64,000 nt of DNA from Felis catus (lineage: Eukaryota): assembly GCF_018350175.1 (NCBI RefSeq), contig NC_058368.1, positions 189,722,001-189,786,000 of the forward strand, in the 5' to 3' direction. The notes beneath the pieces were generated by a model. The model was not told where the DNA came from. It did no database searches and worked only from the letters and a program-made list of their open reading frames with translations. The first letter of the stretch is position 1; each line of letters opens with the position of its first letter. The translations under genes and the position numbers were made by a program. Shown here piece by piece: positions 33,549 to 46,671 of this stretch.

Positions 33549-35859
33549 TGTGGGATAATGATACTGAGACTGCAAAGAGTTGTAGGGAGCAATAAATGAA
33601 CCATTGGCACATGGTAAGGGCTCAATAAATATGACCTTATATTTATTGGTGGTGGTGGTAGTGATGGTGTTAGTTTGGGCTTCCACTATAAATCAAAGGT
33701 ACAGGCAAATTCAAGCCTTCAGGCCCACTCTATAGCACCCACAAAAATGAAAGAAAAGAAAAGAGAAAAGAAAGAATGAGTCATAAAGGGGATTAAAAAA
33801 AAAAAACCAAAAACCTCCAAGTTGCTGCATTTCCTTATTGCTTGTTGCATTCTAAAACCTCTCTCTACCCCCACCCAGTCCCAGTGCCCTCCTCCTGCCC
33901 TGTTTTTACCAGAAATCTATACCACCCATTGACCTTTACTTAGCCCTCTGACATGTGCCCTGGCACACATTAAACTCCTGCTGTCCATAACATCAAAGCT
34001 CCCACTAGCTCATTGCTCGGGTCTCTGCCATCACAGTATGCTCACTGGAACAGCATTGCATACTGGCAAATAACAATGCTACCTTCAAAGGGTGACCTGA
34101 GGAGTGCCAGGAGGCCATGCTTGCCCAAGAACCTCCCTGTACTGGTATGCAGTAGACCTTCCTTTTGTCCTTACTGGCCTGAAATGTCCAGTGTGAAATT
34201 TCCAGTTTAGGCAACATCATCCCATGGACTACTACAGAGAGGAATCATTTATTACATTAGACAAAAGCCACTTCCCTTTCTAAGTACTCAGTAACACACT
34301 GGTTCACAAGAATTGAGCTGATTAGAGAGTCGAGTGAGACCTGGGCCACAGGATGAGGAAGTTTTGATGGTATCTTAGAGAGAAAACATTTTACTGCAAG
34401 AAAAGCAGGCAGCTCTGGAGACCATAATTACTGGGGGAAGAATAAGGGCTTGATATCCAGGAACTTAGAAGGTAAGAGGCCCAAGATTGCAGGGCAGATA
34501 TATAGGAAAGGTCACCTCCCACTTTTCGTAGATGCCTCTTGTCTCCCTGAACAAGAAGGTAATGCTGTCTGGCTGTGTATGCATATTCATGGCCCCACAT
34601 TGCTGCAGATAGAAAGGCATGAATATCTTAAATCTATGTTTTCTGTTTCTGTCATGAGTGTGGAAACTTTTGCAATCACACTGTGGAAGGCAGGAGGTTT
34701 GAAGGGAGAAATCAATTACCTTTTGAGCTTTAAGAGCAATAAACTTTTTCACCTGCAGGGTCTGTTGGGTAACTGATATCAAAAAAAAGGGGGAGGAGGT
34801 GGAGAGGGGTGCTCCATGTGGGGATTTTATCATGTCCCTGTAGTGGGTCACTTTATATGGGAAAAGGACCTAAGGTAGAAAGAGCAGTAATAAATGCAGA
34901 CCAGAACAGTCCAGACTTCTAAAGTATCTCAATTTATAAAGTCATTACTTTGGGTTATCTGAAGCACCTGAATTATCAAATGTAATTTTTATTGACTTGC
35001 ATAGATGCCATTAACATTTGGCACCTAACTCTTCCATGCCTGCACGCTTAAAAAAAACAATCAAAGAGGGGGGAAAAAGGCAGGCAGATGTATTGGGATA
35101 ACACCTCTCCCCACATAATCTCAGTAATTTGAGAGATAAAGGCTTATTTCTCATTCTCATCACAGTCCAATGTGAGATGCAGTCCCTCGGGTACCCAGAT
35201 CCTTCCAGTGGATTACCTCTTTGGAATGGGTCAAGAAGGAAGAAGGAGAGAGCACAAAGAAGGCTTCTCTGTGCTTAACCAGCTCAGCCCAGAAGCAACT
35301 TACATCATTTCAGCTTATATCACATTTGTGAGAACCAGTCAGATGCCCCAGATTTAATGCAAAGTGCTGGAGAAACAGAGTCTAGTATGTGCCCAGGCAA
35401 AAGAGAAAATGGATTGGTGAGCACTTAGTCTCTACCATAGCAAGTGACATTAATTTTAGCACCAAGCCAGTTTAACATTTGGTTTTCCCTTCATTAACAC
35501 AATATATAATGCAGATATGACTGGGCTGAGCAAGATTCAAATTCACAGTAGCTGAATCAGAGAAATAAATCATCTTTCCCTAGATTGGCACGTCTTTGGA
35601 AGACTTGCTGTCACTTCCTATTTCCTGACCATGGCAGACATAGCTAATTAATTATGAAGTTCTCCCCTATAACTCTGGTCACAGCCTCATAATCGCCTCA
35701 GTATAGAACTGCAGATGTTCACAACCAAGGGGTCAGAGTCAACATACAAAACAAAACCTATTTTTGTCCCTGATTCTTTCCACCCCTCATATTTTATAAA
35801 GGATGAAACTGAAACTTGGGAAAGTAGAATAACTTCATTTATTCATAGACAGAGTTCTA

Positions 35860-36255
35860 TTTTGTCCCTACTATATACTAGACATTATGTTAATCTTAGA
35901 CAATATTCCTTCAAACAAGATGCAGGCCTGCCCTCAGGAACTTAAAGGAGACTAGGAAGTCAGATGAGAAGACAGGTAATTACAATACAGTATGACTACT
36001 GCCATGAAGGGGGTAAGGGCAGAACACTGGGAGAACACGGCAGCGACAGCTAACCTACTCTTGATGAGGTTAAGGGCAATCTTGCTAGCTGTCTAGCATT
36101 CATGAAAAATGAATAGACTTTAGCCAAGTAAAGGGTGATGCTGAAGGGCAAGAACCAGCCTGTGCAAAGACCAAAAGTAAAGATGAAGATGGCATATATA
36201 GAAAACTGGAAGAAATTTATCCTGACTGGAGCCATAGTGCAGAGAGACAGAATTA
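35860..36255 (-). mobile_element. L2 fragment
   Basis: CCTGCCCTCAGGAACTT, GTAATTACAATACAGTATGA and CAAGAACCAGCCTGTGCAAAGACC. Confidence 0.6.
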
Positions 36256-36259
36256 AGGG

Positions 36260-36792
36260 TGTATCAATTAGTCATCGCTGCGTAACAAACCATCCCAAAA
36301 CTCAGTGGTTTAAAATAAAGAGCATTATTACTGCTCATGAGTCTGTTGGTCAGCTGAGTGGTTCTTCTAGCCTCAGCTGGGCTCATACACATATGAGCAG
36401 TCAGCTGAGAATAGGGCAGATAGCTCTCTCTCGCATGTGTGGGCATTAGCTGGCTGTAGCCTGGTTTCTGATAGCCCTGGCTATCACAACTGGGCTCTCC
36501 TCCAAGTAGTCTCTCATTTCCCAGCAGGCTAGCTGGCTTTGTCCACACAACAGTGGCAGGATTCCATAAAAAAGAGCAGAAGCACTCTAAGCCTCTGCTG
36601 CCCAGACTCAGAATTGACTCAGTGCCACTTCCAGTGCATTCAGTAAGCCAAAGCAATTCACAAGGACAGCCCAGAGTCAAGAGGTAAGGAACCAGACTCC
36701 ACCTCTTGATAGGAGAAGCTGCAGTCTTTTTGCGAAGCATATGGATACAGGGAGGGAGAATTTAGGCCATTTCTTAAAATCAATCTACTACA
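36260..36792 (-). mobile_element. MaLR LTR (MLT1G-like)
   Basis: TGTATC..TGCGTAACAAACCATCCCAAAACTCAGTGGTTTAAAA..., AGACTCCACCTCTTGATAGGAGAAGCTGCA, ending CAATCTACTACA. Confidence 0.82.
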
Positions 36793-36927
36793 GAAGGAAA
36801 ACAGTGGCAAGAAGTAAACCTGCAAAGAACATAAAATGGGCTGTTTTCCAAACTCAGGTGCTTAGAGAGACAACAGAGAGCCATGGAAGAGTGAGATGTT
36901 CAGATACAAACTCTACAAAAGCATTGC

Positions 36928-37143
36928 TTTTTTATTTTTTATTTTTTATTTGAGAGAGAGAGAGCGTGCGCACACACAAGTGGGGTGGGGGAGAGGGAGA
37001 GGGAGCGGGAGGGGGAGAAAGAGAGAGATTGTTCAGGCTCCACACTCAGCACAAGGTGAGGCTCGATCCCACAATCCTGGAATCATGACCTGAATCGAAA
37101 TCAAGAGTGGGATGCTCAACTGACTGAGCCACCAAGGCACCTC
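36928..37143 (-). mobile_element. Older CanSINE
   Basis: Poly(T), GA-rich segment, then ATCATGACCTGAATCGAAATCAAGAGT..CTGAGCCACCAAGGCACC. Confidence 0.9.
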
Positions 37144-38149
37144 AAATCCAAAAGACAGTTGATAAAGGACTAGATCATGGCAGGAAAGATGCACTGCATA
37201 GTGGTTAGGTTCAAGAGAAATTATAGATACTACCTATTGTGGGGGTTAAAAGAAAGAGAAGCCTCTACAATTACATAGCTGGTGAAAGAGCTAAAATTAA
37301 AGCCAGATCTTCTACATCCCAAACTGATGTTATTGCCATTCTACCCTAGGTACAATATGTTAACTTCAGAAAAATTTCCACTACTCCCCTACCAGTTACA
37401 GTGTTTCCTTAACTTCTTTCTGAATCCATCACCAGAAAACAGGGACACCAAGGTCATTCTAAGAAGTAAAACTCATTGAGATATGAAGCCCTGCTTATCA
37501 CACTAACGGTCAGTAACAGAAAGCTTTCAGAGATAGAGAAATAACAATAGACCCTAATAACTAGCATGTCTACTAGGTGTGGTTTAAAGAATCATTAACC
37601 ATTGTTAGATAAATAAATGAAGGCGGTTACTTACCCAGAAGCATGCTTCTCAGAGTTGCTTATGTGAGAAGAATCTCAGTTGCAAATCAACACTTGCTAT
37701 ACATCCACCCTTTTGACCTTCAATTCAGGGCTCCCATTGAAACCAGTTTACTTTCTCTGCCCACACCATCTCCATCCCTTGGCATGTCTCTCCCAGCCAG
37801 CAGTCTGCAGGCCTCAGTTTAGCGTCAACTGCACTAGAGAATGACTTCTCCCGAGCTCCTCACCGTGAATCACATGCATGCCAAATAAATATTGCCTATA
37901 TTTTGTCTAATCATTGCAAACCTACCCTCCAAATCTGATTAAGTCTATCTAATCGATTTTGTGGGTCATGTGATAATAGAAACTACCTCTGTTTATGTTT
38001 CATGGATACTTGCCCCTGTCCTCTCACTGTACACTGCACTTTTCTGCCAAGGGGATCAAAACATTTTGTGAATGTTGTTTCATTTGACATTAGATCTTTG
38101 GGGTTAGGCTCACATCAGCTGTCATTACTCCTTTTCTTCCCCCAGGTCC

Positions 38150-38420
38150 AGTGTGACAATTGATTGCAAAGATGGCCTCAGTAATTCTGCCCATCCCTTA
38201 TACTGCACACCCATCAGCAGCAACTCCCACCAAAAGGTGGAGTCTCTGTCCCCGCCTCTTGCATCTGGTTTGGCTTTATCATTTGCTTGAACCAATAGAA
38301 GTTGGCATATGTGGCACTGGGCAACTCAACAGGCCCTGTAGCTTCTGGTGTGTCTCTCCTGGAGCTGAGGCCATGGTAATTAACGAGAGGCTGCCAGACA
38401 GCCTGCCAAGCTACCTTGCT
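38150..38420 (+). mobile_element. MLT1-type LTR 5' fragment
   Basis: TGTGACAATTGATTGCAAAGATGGCC..CTCCCACCAAAAGGTGGAGTCT..CTTGCATCTGG..ACCAATAGAAG. Confidence 0.65.
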
Positions 38421-40182
38421 AGAGGATTAAACAAGAGGATGTGTGCTGGGTCCCCAGCACATACTTGGTGTTACAGTCTGTGTGAGTTTCTTGCCTCATT
38501 TTCTATAGTAATCAGTTTCTATCCAGGTAAAGCTTGAATTAAATTAGTCATTTTTGCAACCTTTCTTTTTAAGAGTAGGAGAATAGTTTCCCCCTCTTCC
38601 TTGCTCGGAAATGTACTAAGGACCTGGTGTGATGATGGCCAGTTGGTATGTCAAATATGATTACAATCTGAAGGACAGAGGCAGAGCTCTTCAAAAACCT
38701 TCTGCCCCTTACTGAGAGAAAGGGTTCACTTTGTAATATGTTCTCAAGCAATGAGCACAAAGAGGACTTTGAGTTCTGAATACTAAGTATAGTTCAAACA
38801 TCCAACTCATTGGAAGCAGAAAGGAAAATCACAGGCTTTACAACAAAGTCACTCTTCAGGTTCTCAGAATCACTTGAAAAGACCAATTTTACTGTTTGCC
38901 TGCCAAACCTGAGTTTTTTGTCCTATGGCTGCTAACCATGTAGGTCTCCGTGGGTCACCAAGGCCTCAGAAGCAGAAAGACTGGGCTGTGTGCGGTAGCA
39001 AGAAAAACCAGTCAAACTGGTGGAGGGCAGAGCAGCAGGAGGCAACTTGCTCCTTCCTTGGAGCTCTTTGAGGTTTACAGGAGAAAGGGGTGTGGTGGGC
39101 AGATGGGGGCAGTGGAGAGGGTGGTCTGGCAGTGTCTTGCCAAGACTGTATGTGTGAGGGCAGCAGCAGCAGAGCTGATAACGGTCTAAAGCCGTTAACA
39201 GAAAAAGATACAGTGCCTGCTAAAATATCCAGACCACCAACAGGAAATACAATGAACCAGGGTCAGCCGTCTCCAGAAGCACCCACCCAATGCTCCCATA
39301 CATGTTCCGCCCAGCACATAGGTACTGTGGGCACTAGGGACAGAAAGTGGAGAAGGAGAGAACAGAGAAAATCAATAGCCCCCACAATGAGATGTTTTTG
39401 TTGGGGTGGTAGGGTGGAGAAGGCTACTCTTATGCCAGTTTTCTTTGGCATCTGAGTTGATGCTTGCCAATACTTGCAATGAATTGAAGTCTGTATGAAA
39501 GTTATTTTAATGAGTAGAAATTGTGACTCAATACTCCATTTTTGAGCAATGTCATATGTTTTTATTTTTCTAAACTACACAGAATCCACCTTCCTGCACC
39601 ATGCAATCAGGTCAGTGAAAAGACTGGTATCTGTCATTTTTGTGGCTTCCTCTCTCTGCCTTGGTTTGTGTCAGAATATGGGGAGAAATGGAGATAACAG
39701 CTCTAGTTCAGTCCCCATCGCTCACTGTCATCACACTAAGCCCTCTAATATGCACACATGGCTGACAGCTGTTCCGTCCATTTGTTGGCACTTGCTTCTC
39801 TGCCTCTTCCTTCATCCTTCCTCTCCCTAGGTCCTCAGGCCACAGAGGCTGAGACACTCTTCCCAAGAGCACAGCATCCACACAACCACCTGCTGGCCAA
39901 GGGCCTGCCATTTTTGAAGGGCTTTGAGCAAGAGGCAGCCTAGAATTCAGACACCCTACACAGAAGCTTATAATCCCTATCCCTGCCAATCCCCAGGACA
40001 GAACTTCATCACAGCCCTCCTGGCTGGAAAATGAAGAAAGTTGTCAATGCACCTTTGGATCAGGGAACCTAAAATTCAAGTCTGTCTGCCCTTCCTCAGA
40101 TGTGAAGGGAAAATTTACCTATTCATTCTTTGTCTCTGAGTTTACCACAATGAATAAAACAGAGCATAAGCTAAATAATAAC

Positions 40183-40359
40183 TTTTAATGCTTATTTATT
40201 TTTGAGAGAGCACAAGCAGGGGAGGGGTAGAGAGAGGGAGACAGAGGATCTGACAGTCTGACAGCAGCAAGCCCAATGTGGGGCTTGAACTCACGAACCA
40301 TGAGATCATGACCTGAGCTGAAGATGGATGCTCAACTGACTAAGCCACCCAGGTGCCCC
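40183..40359 (-). mobile_element. CanSINE
   Basis: TSD AAG(C/T)TAAATAAT at 40168-40179 / 40360-40371; internal TCTGACAG duplication. Confidence 0.92.
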
Positions 40360-40649
40360 AAGTTAAATAATTATTAATGACAGCCTGCTTGATGTCAAAC
40401 CAGGGTAATTTCTCTGCCCTCCCACTTTGGGTAAATAATAGTAAACCTTCATTGATAAGCATAGAAATGCAAAGTTGCTTACACAACTTGTTCATGCTTT
40501 CTTTGTTCAAGTTAGTACCGTCTCTAAGACAGTAAATTCCCTGGGAGTCATCATCAGATCTTTACTTTTCAGTATAATGACAATATGATGCACAACTAGG
40601 CAGCTATTTATGATAAACCCTTCTAATGATAGTTGTCATCATCATTATT

Positions 40650-41520
40650 GTCATATAGTTCCACTTACTGGGAGCATATTTTGCAGTAAATATTACAACA
40701 AGAGTTATACATGCATTACCCCATATTTCATCCTCAGAACAAACCATACAAGTAGGCATTATTATCCCCATTTCATAGCTGTGAGAATTAAAGCTCAGAA
40801 GAATTACATTGCCCATGATCACTAGCTAATACATATAAGAACTGGGATCAAGGACACAAGGTCTGACTTAAAAGCCCAAGCACTGAACCTCTGTGATATG
40901 TAGTCTTCCTACCACATACAGGACATGTCCAAGTGTGGCTCACAAAGTTCCTGCCCACATTTCCAGATTTATGGACAGCCACACATCATATTTCAGGTCT
41001 ATTAGAGAACACTCAGACTCTGAACACACTCTGCTGTTTGACACATTGGAGCCTGGTTCATATGGGTCCCTCTGGTAGGATCACTTGCTTCCCACTCCTT
41101 TTGATCATTCATCTCACAAAAATCAGCTGAGACATAGGGTCCCTAGAAAACCTTCCCCAATCCTTTCCCCAGGCTGAGTTTGTGTCTTCACTCTGTTGTC
41201 CCCTAGTACCAAAGGCATTCCTCTGTCACTGTCCTTACCACACAGTATTGTAGTATTATATTTCCTGTTTATTTGTCCTACTAGACTTTAAGTTCCTTAA
41301 AAAATAGGAGATGTGTGTATATATTAGATGCACACACATATATATATACACACACATATACATATCCTTTTATACATAAATGCATTTCTTATTATATATA
41401 ATATATATCCTATTACCTATAAAGTATATTTAGGTATATTTCATATATTCATATTATACACATACTTTTAATCTCCAACACTTAATATATTCTCTATTAT
41501 GTATCAGATACTCAATAAAT
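40650..41520. mobile_element. MIR (minus, about 40650-40900) and L2 (plus, about 41050-41520) fragments
   Basis: GTAGGCATTATTATCCCCATTTCATAGCTGTGAGAATT; AAAACCTTCCCCAATCC, CTACTAGACTTTAAGTTCCTT and TACTCAATAAAT. Confidence 0.6.
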
Positions 41521-42108
41521 ATTTTCTGGCTTGCATTGTCAACAACGTTCAGTGATTTTCCAATGCTTATCTAAAAGTATTACCCACAGCTTTGGAACAA
41601 TAGGTAAAAAGTGATCACCTTTTAATTCAACCAATATTTATCACAAAATCACTTATGAAAAGAGCATGAAGGGACTTTGGAGAAAATTTAGTTCCAAATG
41701 GTATATAGATGAAAGACTCTGAAACGGGAAACAAGGAACTGAGTTCAAGTCCCTCGGAGCTACTTTCCAGCCCAGGCAAACTTGTGACTGCTCTACATTT
41801 TGGGTTGCTTATCTATGGAATAGTTAGATTAAGTTAGATTAAGTAACTTGCCAAAGATTCTCCCTCGACTGTAAACTCACTAACAGCAGAAGGTTTTCGT
41901 TTTGGTTTTTTGTTTTTGGGGTTTTTTTATCCCCAGCTTCTATCACAGTGCCTGGCCCATGGTAGGTGCTCTGTGAATGTTTATGGAAGGAAGAAAGGAA
42001 AAGAGGAAAGGTGGAATGTCATACAACTAGTAGTAACTGAAAGCCCCAGAGTGCTGATTCTCAAGTCATAGGTTTTTCCACTTGATCATGGCAAGAGGTG
42101 CTGTAGGT

Positions 42109-42293
42109 CAGTGGTTCTCAGTGTGGTCCTGAGAATCAGCAGAATCAGCATTACTTGAGACCTGAGAAATGCAAATTCTCAGGCTCCATCTCAGACTTGC
42201 TGAATCAGAAACTCTGGGGGTGGAGTAGAGCAATCTGGGTTTGAAGAAGACTTCCAGGTGGTTCTGATGCGTGCCAAAGTTTGACAACCATTG
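42109..42293. mobile_element. MER5A DNA transposon (near full length)
   Basis: CAGTGGTTCTCA..AGAAATGCAAATTCTCAGGC..CTGAATCAGAAACTCTGGGGGTGG..AAGTTTGACAACCATTG; degenerate 8-bp TSD CTGTAGGT / CTGGAGGA. Confidence 0.9.
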
Positions 42294-42579
42294 CTGGAGG
42301 AGAAACTCTTCATTATCTGCCTATATTTGAGAATAAATGGACAGAAAAAAGGTGAATTTATTTATAGCTTTTAAATAATTTATCCTAGAAATCTAATGCA
42401 CATTATTTTCATTGTCATTTCCTACTAACTTGACACACTTATGATACAAGGGGGAAACATTTCTGGAAAGATTACATCAATAATGCAATACATTTGTGGT
42501 TAAAAATAACATTTAGTAAATTGTTTTCTAAGCATAGAAGACTACATAATCATGGTTAATAATATGGATAAAAATGAAA

Positions 42580-42815
42580 ATTGTAATGACACTTATATAG
42601 AGCTTACTGTGTACCAGGCACTATTCTGAATCTTATTACTCAAAACAATTCCATGAGACAGGTACAGTCTTTATCATCCCCATTTTATAGGGAGGAAATT
42701 GAGACATAATGTAGAAGTTATGTAACTTGCCAAAGGTCACATGGCCTCATAGATCCAGGATTTTTATCCATGCAGACCAGCTCCAGGGTCCAATAGATTA
42801 ACCACTATGCTATAC
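42580..42815 (-). mobile_element. MIR
   Basis: GCTTACTGTGTACCAGGCACT, ATCCCCATTTTATAG..GAAATTGAGACA, AACTTGCCAAAGGTCACA and TAACCACTATGCT. Confidence 0.82.
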
Positions 42816-42896
42816 AATAAATCATCCATAATTGAGAGATCATCACTGACTATTATCAGTTACGGAAAATTTGGTATTTTCCTTCAGCTTAGTAGA

Positions 42897-42909
42897 TGTG
42901 TGTGTGTAT

Positions 42910-42941
<32 letters not shown>
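42897..42941 (+). repeat. Imperfect (TG)n microsatellite
   Basis: TG repeat with two interruptions. Confidence 0.9.
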
Positions 42942-43149
42942 ATACATCTGTGCATATACACGTATATATGCTATATTGGTAAATATATTTATTTATAATT
43001 GCTATATTTACATGTAAATAATTTTAACATAGTTTTTTACATTTTTAACATTTAAAAAATATTTTTAACATATTTATTACAATTTAAAAAATGAAATCAG
43101 GTCATCTGCTACTGTAAGCTAATATTCCTTCATTTAATAATACATTGTA

Positions 43150-43396
43150 GAGGTGCCTGGGTGGCTCAGTGGGTTAAGCATCCGACTCTTGATTTTGGCT
43201 CAGCTCATGATCTCATGGTTCATGGGTTTGACCCCACGTGGAGCTTGGGCTCCATGCTATTAGCAAAGGGATTCTCTCTCTCTCCCTCTCTCTCTGCCCC
43301 TCCCCTGCTCTCAAGTGCATGCACACACTGAGTTGTTTTCCAAGTGCTCACACAAGCACAGGCACACTTGCTCAAAAATAAATAAACTTAAAAAAT
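43150..43396 (+). mobile_element. Older CanSINE with an atypical CA-rich segment
   Basis: GGTGCCTGGGTGGCTCAG..CCGACTCTTGATTTTGGCTCAG head; AATAAATAAAC tail. Confidence 0.9.
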
Positions 43397-43709
43397 GATA
43401 TAATGTAAATAAATACATTCCAATATTATAATTCTAAAACAATTGTAATGCTGTACTTAATTCTCTTCTATGATTTAATCAATTCTCTAGCAGTGGATAA
43501 TAAGATCATATCCAATGTTTTGTATGATAAATAACATGTTAATGAACATCTCTGAACTCAAGGTGTGATGATTATGCACTTCATTTTTGAATCTCTGAAT
43601 AAGACTCCAATGTAGGCTCACACAAATAATGAAAGATAACTCTCTCCAAATAGTGCATATGGTCCTTAAGCTTTCTTACTTAAAAACTTTATGATAAAAA
43701 AAAAAAAAA

Positions 43710-43921
43710 GGGCGCGCCTGGGTGGCTCAGTCGGTTAAGCGTCCAACTTTGGCTCAGGTCATGATCTCACAGTTCGTGAGTTCGAGCCCCGCGTCGGGCT
43801 CTGTGCTGACAGCTTAGAGCCTGGAGCCTGCTTCCAATTCTATGTCTCCCTCATTCTCTGCTCTTCCCCTGCTCATGCTCTGTCTCTCTCACCTTCAAAA
43901 ATAAATAAAAACATTAAAAAA
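43710..43921 (+). mobile_element. SINEC_Fc-type SINE preceded by an A-run
   Basis: TSD AAAAACTTTATGATA at 43682-43696 / 43922-43936. Confidence 0.95.
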
Positions 43922-45309
43922 AAAAACTTTATGATAGCAAAACTGAATTATACCCCAGATCCTAGCAGCTAGACTATCTGATAATTATATTGGTCATTTA
44001 AAAATACTCTGAATGACAATTTCATTAGCTTTATGTTAAAGAAACCACAGATACTGTATCATCAGAAATTCAGAGATGCAGTGATGGAAGAACTGAATAG
44101 CAGTCAAAGGTCAAAATATTTGTGAAGGAAAATAAGAGTTCTCCTTGCATGTAGATTCATCACATGGTGAGACAGTATCTAGAACATAGCAAATGTTTTA
44201 TAGCTGAATGAATATTAAGGCCTAGTAAATAGATGAAAACGTGAGGGAAACTATAGACCAGGAGAAGAACACAGGCCCTCTCTCCTGACTTCTCTGAAAA
44301 AGCTATTCATTACACTGTGGCAAATAACTTCAATATTATTCACATACCAACACTATAGAGAAATATAAATAGCAAAGCATTTTGTTTACATACAACCACA
44401 TTCCTGGTACAGACTTCTAAGGCCTCAGCAAGTTTGGGTTTGGCCTGAGGTCTCCCAAAACCAATTTCCCAAGGAGTTTGAAGAAAACCAAAATACTTAA
44501 GCCAAACTGGAGGGACCCAGAATGTATGCTACAGGCCCCAAAATTAGGATTTCTGTGTCCACACTTATTACAGTAGGAAGGAGAGGCATGATTCTGCTAG
44601 ACTTAACATGATTCTCCAGACTTAACTAGTGGGTCAGTGCTGGGGAAATACATGGGGAGGAGAAAGGCTGATAATGCCAAAATTTTCAGGAAAGCCCCTC
44701 TTTCTTTGCTGTGGGAGTGGGGGGGGGTAGCAATCTGGAAAATGAAACACCCCAAAATTCCCAAAGTCAAAATGATGCTGTTGTACAGGACTAGGGCCTT
44801 ATACTCAGAGTAGATATTATACATGAAATGGGAGAAGAAAAAAGTCATTGTTAAAATAAAGATATATACCGCCAGAAGAAAGCAGGTCATTTTGGTGTCA
44901 GAACCTAAGGAGACCTTTTTCCCCTTAATTATCTCATTCACTTTTGCAATCCAGAGAGATGGGTTCTTCCAGTATAACTGATCTTCTTGGATCATGTAAC
45001 TTTTAAAGGCGTGCCCTTGATGTAAATGTTTGAGAATCCTTAAATACTGAAATTGGAAGGACTTTCGTATTCAACAAATCTCATTCTAATATTTCTCAAA
45101 TGAGAAAATTAAGGCCTAAAGGGATGAAGCAGCTTTTCCAGAATCGCAGAGCAAGTCCAGAGCAGAGCCAGGATGAGGTTCACCATCCTGATTGCCACTC
45201 CTACACCACATGGCCACTGCCCCATGTCTGTGGTCTTAGCCTAATTATATTACCTCCCTCAGACCATCAGCCAACAGATATTATTTTAGCCGAATGCTGC
45301 TTAATTCCT

Positions 45310-45680
45310 TTGCATTCCTTATTCAACACCTATTTACTGAGTACTTTCTACATGTCAGTGTCCTAAAGGCAGGTGAGAAATTAGCAAGATAGGTCAAGCA
45401 TTCACAGAGTAGGGAAATAAGCAGGCAAGAAGCAGGTAAACATATAAAGAAGATAATTTCAGGTCATAATAAATGTTATGAAGACGACATAATAGATTAA
45501 CATGGCAAAGGGTGTCAGGGATTGGAAGAGGCTACGTGAGACAGAGTGGTCAGGACAGACTTCTCTGAGCAGGTGACATTTGTGGTAAAACCTGAAATAT
45601 GAGTAGGAGTTGGTCAATTAAAGATCTAGTTGAACAGCATTTCAAGCAGAGAAGAAAATAAGTGCAGAATCCCTGAGGCA
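45310..45680 (-). mobile_element. L2 fragment
   Basis: ATTCAACACCTATTTACTGAG, GTGGTCAGGACAGACTTCTCTGAGCAGGTGACATTTG and CCCTGAGGCAG. Confidence 0.7.
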
Positions 45681-45681
45681 G

Positions 45682-46355
45682 AGGTTCCAGTTCCAGGTGC
45701 GATGCAGTAAGCACATTCCACTCTATCTCTCCCTCCCACTACACATGGCTAGACACCAGGGTAGCTGTCTTAATTTAAACAGCAGAAGGCAAATTGAAGA
45801 AGACTAGAATTTAAAGCACCACCAAGCTAGCTGTTAATTTCCTTTTCTTCTTTTCTGGTGTCCCACCCTGATTTCAAGGTATTTTGATATCTGGAGCTGG
45901 GCACTGGGCACAGAAAAAGGTCCAGAAGAAGCCCTCCAGCTCTGGCCTCAGGAGACAAAGGGGAACTCCTAAGGCTAAAGGAGACTGTTAAAATTGTTTG
46001 GAATTGTTCTGTTCTCTGTCCTCTCATGCACCAGCCCCCAGGTCATCCCATGGTGGCAACGAAAAAACAGTTTGACAGTAACAGCAGCCAGTGACTACAG
46101 ATGCCTAACCTTGTGAGGAGAAGTGCCTTCCTCTCTGATCAGAGAGGCAGTGGTCCCAGGGAGGTGGAGAGAACACCTGTTGCTGCTTTTGTCTCTCACT
46201 GTCCTCCCACCATGTGGCCCCGACATAGGGGAAGCTGCAGGAGTCCAGCACTGAGTGTTGTACCTAAAGGCCTGATGACTGAACAGGCAAGCACCAGGAA
46301 CCTGGAAAGTACTGGAGATTATGGAAAGGGAGGAGCCAGAAAGAATCCTCCCTTC
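45682..46355 (+). mobile_element. Probable ancient L1 5' end (L1M/L1ME-type 5' UTR)
   Basis: GGTTCCAGTTCCAGG..GCAGTAAGCACATTCCAC, GAAGAAGACTAGAATTTAAAGCACCACCAAG and GGGAACTCCTAA resemble recalled old L1 5'-end consensus. Confidence 0.45.
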
Positions 46356-46448
46356 ATAAAAAAAAAAGAAATGCAAATGATTCAAACATACAAAAAAGAT
46401 GCTCCATCTTCCTTACAGTGAGAGAAATGTGAATTAAAACAATGCTGA

Positions 46449-46671
46449 GGGGCACCTGGGTGGCTCAGTTGGTTGAGCGTCTGACTTGGGCTCAGGTCAT
46501 GATCTCATAGTTTGTGAGTTCAAGCCCCACGTCAGGCTCTGTGCTGACAGCTCAGAGCCTGGAGCCTGCTTTAGATTCTGTGTCTCCCTCACTCTCTGCC
46601 CCTTCCCTGCTCGTGCTCTGTCTCTCTCTGTCTCTCAAAAATAAATGAACATTAAAAAAAAAAATTTTTTT
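46449..46671 (+). mobile_element. SINEC_Fc-type SINE
   Basis: Full-length; flanked by A(A/T)TGCTGAG repeats. Confidence 0.94.

Noticed and set aside
34391..34851. Overlapping 69-128 aa ORFs on both strands
   Set aside because: No recognisable domain or splice context; consistent with chance.
36264..36740. 158-aa minus-strand ORF
   Set aside because: It lies entirely within an MLT1G-like LTR and resembles no protein family I recognise.
44603..44995. 130-aa hydrophobic minus-strand ORF in apparently unique sequence
   Set aside because: No recognisable homology, weak start context, and hydrophobicity is expected from a T-rich strand. The length is plausible by chance in 64 kb. It would need tBLASTn/PhyloCSF or Ribo-seq support.
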